Program-made: the position numbers and the translations under genes
The notes under the pieces: model-generated
Seen by the model: only the letters and a program-made list of their open reading frames with translations
The model's database searches: none
What the model was told of the DNA's origin: nothing
Origin: an uncultured Bacteroidales bacterium
GTDB taxonomy: Bacteria; Bacteroidota; Bacteroidia; Bacteroidales; WCHB1-69
Assembly: GCA_937901455.1 (NCBI GenBank)
Contig: CALDIA010000144.1
Coordinates: 10,504-74,503, forward strand
Length of the DNA stretch: 64,000 nucleotides
Direction of reading: 5' to 3'
Shown here: positions 28,572-37,338 of the stretch, one piece after another
How the letters are laid out: every line of letters begins with the position of its first letter
Numbering within the stretch: the stretch's first letter is position 1

Positions 28572-29849
28572 TTACTTAAAAAAATGACGTTGTTGGCTAT
28601 GGCATCCGCCTTTGAAGAAGGAGACATACTCCAAAAAGATGTCGGAGGGCGTTTCCAGTGCGGGTAGGCCTAATCGTTGTCCGAGTATGTTGAATTGGGC
28701 TATATTATCATGCGGTATAGGGCTGGGAGTGTCAGCAACGCTTTGGTGTGGTATGCGCGCCGAGTCGGTAAAGGTACCCGTTATCTCTTCGGGAAGTGCT
28801 GCCGGCAAGAGGAGGTCGAATTCGACATCTTCACCATTCCAGTAGGCAGTATGCATCATACTGAAAGAACAATTTTTGGCCAAATTGGTCACCCCGCTTG
28901 GCAGTGTTTGGTATGTGCTATTGAAAACCAGACAATGGGAGAAACTGTTCTCAGTGATGCGGTTGAGCACATTGATATTGTCGTGACATACGGGCAGACT
29001 GTAGTGTTGGGCCATCAACTGTGCCATGGCTTCATCGAGGGGCACACCGCCAATGCCCATGGATGGGAAACAGCCCATGTCGAAAAGGCCTTGGCTATTC
29101 AGCGATGGTTTGATGCAGATGAAGCCTGCGTTGGGTTTTGATTGGATGTCCAGCAACATGCAAAGGTTTTCCAACTCTGCCACTGCCCGTTCGTCCATCA
29201 AGGGTTCCCATACCACAAAGACCTCTTCCATGTTGCGGTACAGAAGGGTTACAAAGTCCAATATATGTTTATTGCTCAATTTGTTGAGCTTAAGTAGCAT
29301 GACGTAGTCTTCGGATAGCAGTTGTGATTTGTAGGTTTCGAAGTTTTTACCCAAGCCATCCACGTAGATGCCCTTTGCGATATTGTTTTGTATAAGATAA
29401 TGATTAATTGCTCTGAAAAAGGCAGCATAGTTGGAAATGTGGAGATTGCCTTCCGTGTTGAAGCGGTATTGGGGGATGTCGTCAAGCGAGGTCAGAAGTT
29501 TGAGTGTGGCTTGAGCGGAGGGGGTCTGCGCCTGATTGTCCCAGATGAGGAAGATTTGGCTGGTTCCGGTGATTTCGGCAAAGGGGACAATATCGTTTTT
29601 GTCGAAGAGGAAGGAGGGACCTTTCAGCAAATATTCGAAAGGGTAGATGGCGTTGGTGTGCAGACCTGTGCGGGTGAGGCGCTGGATGAGGTATAGTTCT
29701 TCGTTGCAGTAATCGCCTGAGACAAGAACAGCCGTTTGGTTATCCTTTGCGGAGGAGGTCTGTTGGGCTAATAGATGGAATGCCTCATCAAACGAGATAG
29801 GGGAGTATGCGTTTCCGTTCTTGCGCTGTGGTTGTGTCAAGCGGATCAT
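28572..29849 (-). CDS. Hypothetical protein with a degenerate molybdopterin-oxidoreductase-like fold (no Fe-S Cys cluster seen)
   Basis: PISFDEAFHLLAQQT...AVLVSGDYCNEELYLIQRLTRTGLHTNAI mimics the conserved segment of MopB-family enzymes. No N-terminal CxxCxxxC motif is present. Confidence 0.5.
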   Translation of the reverse strand: MIRLTQPQRKNGNAYSPISFDEAFHLLAQQTSSAKDNQTAVLVSGDYCNEELYLIQRLTRTGLHTNAIYPFEYLLKGPSFLFDKNDIVPFAEITGTSQIFLIWDNQAQTPSAQATLKLLTSLDDIPQYRFNTEGNLHISNYAAFFRAINHYLIQNNIAKGIYVDGLGKNFETYKSQLLSEDYVMLLKLNKLSNKHILDFVTLLYRNMEEVFVVWEPLMDERAVAELENLCMLLDIQSKPNAGFICIKPSLNSQGLFDMGCFPSMGIGGVPLDEAMAQLMAQHYSLPVCHDNINVLNRITENSFSHCLVFNSTYQTLPSGVTNLAKNCSFSMMHTAYWNGEDVEFDLLLPAALPEEITGTFTDSARIPHQSVADTPSPIPHDNIAQFNILGQRLGLPALETPSDIFLEYVSFFKGGCHSQQRHFFK

Positions 29850-29857
29850 CGTTTGGC

Positions 29858-30598
29858 TTATTTGGTCAATACTTGGAAAAGTTCCTCCATGGCGGCGGCA
29901 TCCATGCGGTCGGCGTTTTTGATGCCCTTTGACTTGGCCAGTTCGGGCAGGTTCTTGACCTGTTCATCGGCCACGAGCACGCCTTTGTTGATGATGACCA
30001 CATGGTCGCACATGGCGTTCACCTCCTGCATGATGTGGGTGGATAGCAGCACGGTTTTGTTCTTGCCGTATGTCTTGATAAGAGATCGTATCTCTACCAG
30101 CTGGTTGGGGTCCAGTCCAGTGGTTGGCTCGTCCAAAATCAACACCTCGGGGTCATGGATGAGTGCCTGGGCGATACCAACGCGTTGCTTGTAGCCACGC
30201 GACAACGCGCCAATCTTTTTGTGCTGCTCTGGGGTTAGGCCGGTCTTTTCTATCATGTCGGCCACGCGGTCTTTAAGGTTTTTGATATGGTATATTCCTC
30301 CAGTGAATTCCAAAAATTCTTTTACGTACATGTCGTAGTACAAGGGGTTGGCTTCGGAGAGGTATCCAATTTTCTTGCGCAGTTCCAAGGAGTCGTTCCA
30401 GATGTCAAGGCCGCAGACTGACACTTCACCGGAGGTAGGTGGAATGAGGCAGGTGATGATTTTCATCATAGTGGTCTTGCCTGCACCGTTAGGGCCTAAG
30501 AAGCCCACGATTTCTCCCTTCTTGGCCTCAAAACTGACATTGTTCAAGGCATATTGCTGACCAAAGACCTTGGTGACATTTTTTACTATTATGGACAT
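29858..30598 (-). CDS. ABC transporter ATP-binding protein (GldA-like)
   Basis: Walker A GPNGAGKTT, signature LSRGYKQR and Walker B VLILDEPTTGLD. No permease gene is adjacent. Confidence 0.85.
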   Translation of the reverse strand: MSIIVKNVTKVFGQQYALNNVSFEAKKGEIVGFLGPNGAGKTTMMKIITCLIPPTSGEVSVCGLDIWNDSLELRKKIGYLSEANPLYYDMYVKEFLEFTGGIYHIKNLKDRVADMIEKTGLTPEQHKKIGALSRGYKQRVGIAQALIHDPEVLILDEPTTGLDPNQLVEIRSLIKTYGKNKTVLLSTHIMQEVNAMCDHVVIINKGVLVADEQVKNLPELAKSKGIKNADRMDAAAMEELFQVLTK

Positions 30599-30622
30599 GT
30601 AATATATTTTTCAAACAAACTG

Positions 30623-30630
30623 CAAAAATA
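30623..30630 (-). promoter_or_regulatory. -7 box TATTTTTG for the five-gene operon headed by the ABC ATPase
   Basis: Motif lies 25 nt upstream of ATG 30598. Confidence 0.5.
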
Positions 30631-30647
30631 CAAAAAAATGTAAGCGG

Positions 30648-31760
30648 ATGAACAATTTGTGTATCTTTGCCGCCTATATGAGTGACCTTGATAGATTGAG
30701 CGGTCTGCGCCCATCTGCCGATTGGGTGAAACGGATTCTCCAACTCTTCTTGTTTGTGGGTGTGGGTATCTTTTTCATTTGGCTTTCATTGCGCCATTTG
30801 AGTCGTGAGGACTTCCGCACGGTAGTGGAGGTGGCTGCTTCGGTGAACACTTGGCGAGGATGGCTGATATTGGGGATTGCGGCTTTCTTTGCTCTTTTGG
30901 CAGATTTCTGCCGGGCGGTACGCGGGAAGCTGCTCCTGCAACCATTGCAATATGAGGTGCGTCTTTCCATGATGTTCTATTCGGTGATGGTCTGCTTTAT
31001 GGCCAATTTGGCCCTCCCTCGCTTGGGTGAGGTGCTGCGTTGCACTTTTTTGCAACGCTATGAGAAGGTGCCCTTTCAGGAGTCGCTGGGAACCGTCATC
31101 ACCGAGCGGGCCGTGGATATGATCTGCTGGTTGATGATGTTCGCCATTGCGGTGGCCATCAACACAGCCCTGCTGAACAATTTGATGGTAGATCCCCAGG
31201 CGGGTCTGACCATGCGTGAATGGCTGGAAACGAAAGGCCTGTCGTTGTTGGGAAATCATCTGCTGCTTAGCCTGCTCCTGTTGGTGGCAGTCTTGTGTCT
31301 GCTCATCTTCCTGACCCGCAAATGGTGGCGCAAACATCCCTTCTTCGCCAAAATTGGTCACTTCGTTGCAGGTATGTGGCAAGGTTTCATCTCCATCAAG
31401 GATTTGAAAAGTCCGTGGCGCTATTGGCTGTGGACACTTATCATGTGGGTGGCTTATTTTCTGGGCACCTATTCGTTTTTTTATGCCTTGCCCTGTCTGT
31501 GGGGCGTTCCCTTGGCGGCCGGCTACTCAACGCTCGTCTTCGGCACAGTGGCTTTTATGATTGCCCAAGGAGGTATAGGCGCTTACCCAATCATTGTGGC
31601 TGGCGTGCTGATGCTCTATGGTCTGCCCTATATCGATGGGTTGGCAGCTGGCTGGGTGGGGTGGATCCTTCAGACCGTGGTGGCACTTGTTGGCGGCTTC
31701 ATTTCGCTGGTGCTTGCCTCCTTGTCCAAGAAACATGACGCTCGTTTATTAGTAGAATAA
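30648..31760 (+). CDS. Flippase-like / lysylphosphatidylglycerol-synthase-TM-region (UPF0104) family membrane protein
   Basis: Polytopic protein. The start is uncertain: a TATCTTTG box at 30662..30669 would favour ATG 30678. Confidence 0.65.
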   Translation: MNNLCIFAAYMSDLDRLSGLRPSADWVKRILQLFLFVGVGIFFIWLSLRHLSREDFRTVVEVAASVNTWRGWLILGIAAFFALLADFCRAVRGKLLLQPLQYEVRLSMMFYSVMVCFMANLALPRLGEVLRCTFLQRYEKVPFQESLGTVITERAVDMICWLMMFAIAVAINTALLNNLMVDPQAGLTMREWLETKGLSLLGNHLLLSLLLLVAVLCLLIFLTRKWWRKHPFFAKIGHFVAGMWQGFISIKDLKSPWRYWLWTLIMWVAYFLGTYSFFYALPCLWGVPLAAGYSTLVFGTVAFMIAQGGIGAYPIIVAGVLMLYGLPYIDGLAAGWVGWILQTVVALVGGFISLVLASLSKKHDARLLVE

Positions 31761-31769
31761 TCAATATAT

Positions 31770-32240
31770 ATGATGGACAATATTCTGAATAAGATAGTAT
31801 CACAAGATTTCTTTGCCCAACACAGGGCGAGACTCAACCATCATAAGGTGGTTTTCACGAATGGATGCTTTGATGTCCTCCATTATGGGCATGTGCACTA
31901 CTTGGCTCAGGCCCGCCAGCTCGGCGACCTGCTGGTGGTGGGCTTGAACAGCGACGCCTCGGTGCGAAGGCTGAAAGGAGAAGGACGCCCGGTTAACCAC
32001 GAACAAGCCCGCGCTTTTGTGCTCGCCGCTTTGGAAATGGTGAACTATGTATGCCTTTTTGAAGAGGATACCCCCTATCAGCTAATCTCTAAAGTTCAAC
32101 CCGATGTGCTGGTGAAAGGCGGCGATTACGCTATAGACAATATTGTGGGGGCTGATGTCGTTATGCGAAAGGGCGGCGAAGTTAAGGTGCTCCCCTTCGT
32201 GGAGGGTTTCTCCTCTTCCTCTATCTTAGAAAAAATTTAA
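31770..32240 (+). CDS. D-glycero-beta-D-manno-heptose 1-phosphate adenylyltransferase-like cytidylyltransferase (RfaE domain II type)
   Basis: [18 protein letters not shown] (HxGH motif) and [15 protein letters not shown]. Confidence 0.8.
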   Translation: MMDNILNKIVSQDFFAQHRARLNHHKVVFTNGCFDVLHYGHVHYLAQARQLGDLLVVGLNSDASVRRLKGEGRPVNHEQARAFVLAALEMVNYVCLFEEDTPYQLISKVQPDVLVKGGDYAIDNIVGADVVMRKGGEVKVLPFVEGFSSSSILEKI

Positions 32241-32249
32241 TAACCTGCG

Positions 32250-33317
32250 ATGAAAAGATACCTATACTTTATAATCTCCCTGTTGTTGGCCACTCCTGCT
32301 TTGGCACAGAATGTGGATGTGACCGAGTTCTCACAGAATGTGGCATTGTCGGATTCTTTGTTCCAACCACTCACGGAAGATCACTTGCGAGTCAATGCTT
32401 ACCCTACTATCTCAGAGGTGTATCAGATACCATGTTACGACCTATACAACCGATATTGGGATGTGCACCATCTCAGAAGCCAAATGCTGGAGATTCCTTT
32501 TGCTGACGACCGATTGATGCTGATTCTTGTACAGTCCGAGAACGAGCCTTTTGTGTTTCCATGCGTGTATGATGAGTTGGTGTTGCACTATGGCCTGACA
32601 AAAAAAGGGGTTTTTCATCCTGGTATAGACCTGAAAGTGTCACCCCAGTCGTTGGTGAAGAGTTGCTTTGATGGCGTGGTGCGCATGGCGGCCGACTATG
32701 GCGACTATGGATTGATGGTGGTGGTGCGGCACTACAATGGATTGGAGACGGTGTACGCCCATTTAGATAAGGTGTGTGTGAAGCCTGGACAAATGGTGAA
32801 GGCTGGCAATGTGATTGGTCAAACGGGCCGAAGCGGTCATGTCAGCGACGACATCCTGCATTTTGAAATCCGTTTCATGAATGAATACTTGGATCCCGAG
32901 CAGGTGATGGATGTGGAGTATGAGACGTTGATCAAGAACACACTGGTGCTGCAATCGGCCAATTTTCATATTATTCCTATAGACCAGTACAATGCCTCCA
33001 ATGCACCTGTTAACAAACCGGCCAAGTTGGTGGCGCCCAAGCTGGAACCTATTCCAACACCGAGGCCCGTTAAACCAGTGGAGGTGCCTGCTTCGGTGGA
33101 ACAGCCGGCGCAAAAGGATGTGAATGAGGAGTCTGCTGTTTTAGTCCCACGCCAAGAGGCGCAAGATTCTGAGGTGGAGTATTATGTCGTGAAGAAAGGA
33201 GAGGGTCTGTATAGGATTGCTATCAACCATAAGACCACGGTTGACAAGTTGATGAAGCTCAACAATATTGGCAATCCTGATCAGATTCAGGAGGGGCAGC
33301 GCCTGCGTGTGCGGTAA
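32250..33317 (+). CDS. M23-family peptidase with a C-terminal LysM domain
   Basis: Signal peptide, HPGIDL, GQTGRSGHVSDDILHFEI, and LysM YYVVKKGEGLYRIAINHKTTVDKLMKLNNI. Confidence 0.85.
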   Translation: MKRYLYFIISLLLATPALAQNVDVTEFSQNVALSDSLFQPLTEDHLRVNAYPTISEVYQIPCYDLYNRYWDVHHLRSQMLEIPFADDRLMLILVQSENEPFVFPCVYDELVLHYGLTKKGVFHPGIDLKVSPQSLVKSCFDGVVRMAADYGDYGLMVVVRHYNGLETVYAHLDKVCVKPGQMVKAGNVIGQTGRSGHVSDDILHFEIRFMNEYLDPEQVMDVEYETLIKNTLVLQSANFHIIPIDQYNASNAPVNKPAKLVAPKLEPIPTPRPVKPVEVPASVEQPAQKDVNEESAVLVPRQEAQDSEVEYYVVKKGEGLYRIAINHKTTVDKLMKLNNIGNPDQIQEGQRLRVR

Positions 33318-33322
33318 ACCGA

Positions 33323-34288
33323 TTACCAACCAAATGGATGTTCTGTCAATGGCAGTTTTGCCATGGGGTGATAGTCGCCCTTGAGTCCGACAGCTGTTGC
33401 ATTGCGGATGTCATAGACTGTCTGAATGCAGGAGCGCACCTCATCGATACCAAAGCCTTGGCCAGCCATGATTTTGCGATAGCTTTCGGTGTGGAGGTCG
33501 GTGAAACCTTGGCTGAATTCCAATTGTCTGTCGCCGATAGTGATGGAGCGGTAGGTGCGTTGACCTTGTTGGGCTAATTCCAGGGGCAGGGTGTTCCCGT
33601 TGATGCTGAGGAAGTAGCGCACGCGAGCGCGTTGGAGTCGCAGAAAGCCGGCCACACGGTCGTGGGTGGCCACGTGCACGATGCTTTCCTGCACCTCCCC
33701 AAAGATGTAACTGAGCATATCGTAGAAATGGATGCCGATATTGGTGGCGATGCCGCCGCTTTTGCGAACATCACCTTTCCAAGAAGCATAATACCAATGA
33801 CCACGGGAGGTGATGTAGGTCAGGTCCACGTCATATACTTTCTGTGGGTCGCCATTTTCTATCTCTTTTTTCAATGCGACAACGGTGGGGTGGAGGCGTA
33901 GCTGCAAGATGTTGTAGATGCGATGCCCAGTCTCTTTTTCCACTTTGGCCAGCCCATCGATGTTCCAAGGGTTTAGCACGAGGGGCTTTTCGCAGATGAC
34001 ATCCGTGCCTAATCGCAAGGCGTAGCGCGTATGCGAGTCGTGCAGGAAGTTGGGGGTGCACACAGACACCATGTCCAGTTGCTGGTCAGTGTTCTTCAAC
34101 TTGGAGCAGTGCCGGTCGAAAAGTTCCATCTCGGTGAAGAATGAAGCATCGGTGAAGTAACTGTCGATGATGCCTACGCTGTCCGACTTGTCGTAAGCGG
34201 CCACCATGCGATTGCCAGTCTCCTTGATGGCTTTCATATGTCTGGGGGCTACGAAACCGCCCACTCCTATAATGGCGAAATTTTTCAT
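33323..34288 (-). CDS. Gfo/Idh/MocA-family oxidoreductase (WbpB-like sugar-nucleotide dehydrogenase)
   Basis: MKNFAIIGVGGFVAPRHMKAI Rossmann N-terminus and VICEKPL. Confidence 0.8.
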   Translation of the reverse strand: MKNFAIIGVGGFVAPRHMKAIKETGNRMVAAYDKSDSVGIIDSYFTDASFFTEMELFDRHCSKLKNTDQQLDMVSVCTPNFLHDSHTRYALRLGTDVICEKPLVLNPWNIDGLAKVEKETGHRIYNILQLRLHPTVVALKKEIENGDPQKVYDVDLTYITSRGHWYYASWKGDVRKSGGIATNIGIHFYDMLSYIFGEVQESIVHVATHDRVAGFLRLQRARVRYFLSINGNTLPLELAQQGQRTYRSITIGDRQLEFSQGFTDLHTESYRKIMAGQGFGIDEVRSCIQTVYDIRNATAVGLKGDYHPMAKLPLTEHPFGW

Positions 34289-34411
34289 TATATGTTGTAT
34301 TTGTTTACTGTTTGAATGAATATATTGCCGGGTCTCAATATATATTTATCTGTATTATGGACTAAATGAATGACTGTTCATGCCGTAATCGTGCAACTAT
34401 CAAGTGTTGTT

Positions 34412-36868
34412 TTACTCTCTCACGTATATTCTCGGTACTCTGTTGGAGATGGCGGTCATCATCTCATAGCTGATGCGACCGATGCGGTTGGCGGAATCTT
34501 GCACGGTGTTGCCCTCCCCATAGACGATGACATCGTCGCCTTCGTGCACAGATAATCCTGAGACGTCCAGCATGCACATGTCCATGCATATTTTGCCAAT
34601 CACGGGCACCAATTTTCCTTGCACCATTACCATGCCTTTGCCGTTGCTGAGTTCGCGGGGGTATCCGTCGGCATAACCAATGGGGATAATGGCCACCTGC
34701 ATGTCGCGTGCCACTTTGTAGCTTCGACCGTAGCCGATGGTCTCACCCGCCTTTACGGTTTTTACCTGTGTGATTAGAGTTTTGAGAGTGATTACGTTAT
34801 GCAGATTGGCCTGCACCTCTGGCAGGTCGGAGAAGCCATAGAGCCCGATGCCTAAGCGCACCATGTCGCATTGTGCTTCCGGAAACCGAGTGATGCCCGC
34901 AGTGTTGAGGATATGGCGCAGGATAGGGTAGCTGAAATGGCCGCATAACTCATTGGCCATTTGTGTGAAGCTTGCAATCTGTTGACGGGTGAAGTCGTCC
35001 TCCGCAGGATCGTCGGCAGCAGCCAGGTGTGAGAAGACGGATGCAATGCGCAACGTGGGATGCGTGTTGATGGTCTCTGCCAGCTTCGGCAGGTCTTCCA
35101 AGTCAAAGCCCAAACGGTGCATGCCTGTGTCAAACTTGATGTGAATGGGGAATGAGGTGATCTCAGGGTAGTCTTCCAGAATGTGGATCAGCTCTTGCAG
35201 ATAGTAAAAGTTGAATATCTCAGGTTCTAAGCGGTTCTGCACCATGGCCTCAAAGCTGTGTGCTTCAGCGCCCAGTACGATAATGGGTGTCTCGATATGG
35301 CGCTTGCGCAGACGGACACCCTCGTCGGTGTATGCCACTGCCAAGTAGTCGATGTGTTGATGTGTTAACTCATTGATGATTTCCGCATCACCCAAGCCGT
35401 ACGACAAAGCCTTTACCATCGCAACCATCTTGGTTTCTTTCTTTAGGAATGATTTGAAATATTGCAGATTATGAACGATGGCAGGCAGGCTGACGTGAAG
35501 GGTCGTGAGATGGGTCTTGTGCAGCAATTGGTTCACCACCTCCTCGAAGTGGAAGCTTCGAGCTCCCTTGATTAGGATGGCCTCATAGACGAAGGAGTGT
35601 GCAGGCAGATGCGCCAGCAAGGCTCCTGTGTCTGGATAGAAATACTGCTGCTCTATATGGAAAAGATCCTGATGCTGCGAAAAGGCGTGCCCCACGGCAA
35701 TCAACTTGCGGATATGGTGTTGTCGCATTAGGGCATCCAATTGCTGGTAGTCGTCAGGCTGCAGCTTGCCAGCCTGTTCAAAGTCGGAAATGATGAGCGT
35801 TTTGTCTGCCAACTGGGTTTGTGTGTCCAGATAGTTGAGGGCCACCGACAGAGAGGTGCGGTCCAGGCTGTAGGTGTCATCAATGATGAGCGAGTGTTGC
35901 TTGCCCTCTTGGATAGCCATGCGCATGTGCACGGGAGTAAGCCGTGACAGGCGTTCGCAGATAGTCACTGGCGCATAACCCAGCACCAGCATCGTGACAA
36001 TGACATGGCAAGCATTCTCAATGGAGGCGGCATCCACAAAAGGTATGAGGTAGGTGTGATTTTGTATGCTGACAAAGGTACTGTTGTTCAGGTGCCCCTC
36101 ATTTGAGATGATAAAGTCGGCCTCGCCGTGCCCCCACGACACGCTTTTCATATGAGCGTACGCCGGTTCTGACAAAACCCGTTGGATGAGCGGGTCATCG
36201 TTGTGGAAGATGATAGTCTGGGCATGCTGGAAGAGCAACAGTTTTTCGCGAAGTTTTTGTTCCATGCTCTCGAAGAACTGAGCATGAGCCATGCCGATAT
36301 TGGTGAGCACGCCGAGGGTGGGGGCGATGATGTCAGCAATGCGGGCCATTTCCCCAGGGCGCGAGATGCCAGCTTCAAAGATGCCGATTGAATGCTCCGG
36401 GCGCATTTGCCACACGGAAAGCGGCACGCCCACTTGGGAGTTGTAACTGTCAGGACTCTTCACCACATGATGCTCCGGAGCCAGCAGGGTGCCCAACCAC
36501 TCCTTGACAACCGTTTTGCCGTTGCTACCCGTGATGCCGATGACAGGAATGCGGAATTGCTCGCGATGGAGACGGGCAACCTGCTGAAGCGCTGCAATGG
36601 TGTCACCCACCTGCAAGAAATTGCACTTCGACAATGAAGAAAATGCGTAAATAGGCTCCGTGATGACGAAATTGCACACCCCCTTTTCTGCCAATTCTTG
36701 TATGTATCTATGTCCATCCCCATGCTTTGTGCGGATTGCAAAGAAGATGGACCCGGATGGGTTGACTACCTTCCTGCTGTCGATACAAAGGTTTTGTATG
36801 GCCGCTTCAGGAGCGGGAATGGCTTTGTCAAGACAGGCAAGCTGTGATGATAGATTCGCAATAGTCAT
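34412..36868 (-). CDS. Bifunctional MurF-like ligase / alanine racemase fusion
   Basis: The N-terminal half is Mur-ligase (DSRKV..., GITGSNGKTVVKE). The C-terminal half is Alr (VAMVKALSYGLG PLP-Lys context, SHLAAAD). Start trimmed to ATG 36868, with a -7 box at 36890..36897. Confidence 0.85.
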   Translation of the reverse strand: MTIANLSSQLACLDKAIPAPEAAIQNLCIDSRKVVNPSGSIFFAIRTKHGDGHRYIQELAEKGVCNFVITEPIYAFSSLSKCNFLQVGDTIAALQQVARLHREQFRIPVIGITGSNGKTVVKEWLGTLLAPEHHVVKSPDSYNSQVGVPLSVWQMRPEHSIGIFEAGISRPGEMARIADIIAPTLGVLTNIGMAHAQFFESMEQKLREKLLLFQHAQTIIFHNDDPLIQRVLSEPAYAHMKSVSWGHGEADFIISNEGHLNNSTFVSIQNHTYLIPFVDAASIENACHVIVTMLVLGYAPVTICERLSRLTPVHMRMAIQEGKQHSLIIDDTYSLDRTSLSVALNYLDTQTQLADKTLIISDFEQAGKLQPDDYQQLDALMRQHHIRKLIAVGHAFSQHQDLFHIEQQYFYPDTGALLAHLPAHSFVYEAILIKGARSFHFEEVVNQLLHKTHLTTLHVSLPAIVHNLQYFKSFLKKETKMVAMVKALSYGLGDAEIINELTHQHIDYLAVAYTDEGVRLRKRHIETPIIVLGAEAHSFEAMVQNRLEPEIFNFYYLQELIHILEDYPEITSFPIHIKFDTGMHRLGFDLEDLPKLAETINTHPTLRIASVFSHLAAADDPAEDDFTRQQIASFTQMANELCGHFSYPILRHILNTAGITRFPEAQCDMVRLGIGLYGFSDLPEVQANLHNVITLKTLITQVKTVKAGETIGYGRSYKVARDMQVAIIPIGYADGYPRELSNGKGMVMVQGKLVPVIGKICMDMCMLDVSGLSVHEGDDVIVYGEGNTVQDSANRIGRISYEMMTAISNRVPRIYVRE

Positions 36869-36889
36869 AGCATAAATAAATAACGGCTG

Positions 36890-36897
36890 CAAAGGTA
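36890..36897 (-). promoter_or_regulatory. -7 box TACCTTTG for murF-alr
   Basis: Motif lies 22 nt upstream of ATG 36868. Confidence 0.45.
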
Positions 36898-36942
36898 TAA
36901 AATATTTTTTTGAGAGAGTGTGATTTTATTCAGAAAAAAGTG

Positions 36943-36950
36943 TATTTTTG
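36943..36950 (+). promoter_or_regulatory. -7 box TATTTTTG for rpmE2
   Basis: Motif lies 39 nt upstream of ATG 36989. It is the first 8 nt of the 22-nt element shared with rpsP. Confidence 0.55.
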
Positions 36951-36988
36951 CCGTCCAAATTTTAGAGCAAATAATAACACATAAGAAG

Positions 36989-37252
36989 ATGAAAAAAGAT
37001 ATCCATCCTAAAGAGTATAGAACAGTGGTTTTCAAAGACATGTCAAATGATTACGCTTTCTTGACCAAGTCCACTGTCAACACGAAAGATACCATTCAAT
37101 GGGAAGACGGAAATGAATATCCGTTAGTGAAATTAGAGATTTCCAACACGTCACACCCGTTTTTCACCGGCAAGATGAAACTGGTTGACACGGCTGGTCG
37201 TGTGGATAAGTTCCGCAACAAATACGCTCGTCATTTTGATAGCAAAAAGTAA
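36989..37252 (+). CDS. rpmE2: 50S ribosomal protein L31, type B (no zinc-ribbon Cys pairs)
   Basis: [17 protein letters not shown]...SHPFFTGK. Start trimmed from the track's 36920. Confidence 0.9.
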   Translation: MKKDIHPKEYRTVVFKDMSNDYAFLTKSTVNTKDTIQWEDGNEYPLVKLEISNTSHPFFTGKMKLVDTAGRVDKFRNKYARHFDSKK

Positions 37253-37281
37253 GGAATAAACAATATTTTTTTATATTTTTG

Positions 37282-37323
37282 CTGACCTTTTTTCTGTGTA
37301 GGAGAGAAGGTCAGTTTTTTTTT
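37282..37323 (+). terminator. Hairpin plus T9 between rpmE2 and lon
   Basis: 8-bp stem CTGACCTT/AAGGTCAG with a 17-nt loop, followed by nine T. Confidence 0.6.
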
Positions 37324-37338
37324 GTTAAGTTTTTGGAA

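Noticed and set aside
29858-30598. Interpreting the GldA-like ATPase as evidence for a gliding-motility locus linked to the giant adhesin
   Set aside because: No gldF/gldG or other gld/spr genes are adjacent, and the ATPase is 24 kb from the giant gene. Sequence similarity of ABC ATPases is too generic to infer gliding, so the gene is recorded only as an orphan ATPase.
30786-31382. 198-aa minus ORF inside the UPF0104 membrane-protein gene, and similar antisense ORFs (5255..5953, 6425..6943, 37534..38049, 44582..45379, 51550..52032, 52916..53554)
   Set aside because: Each is nested antisense within a gene that has strong family motifs. None has a recognisable motif or promoter context.
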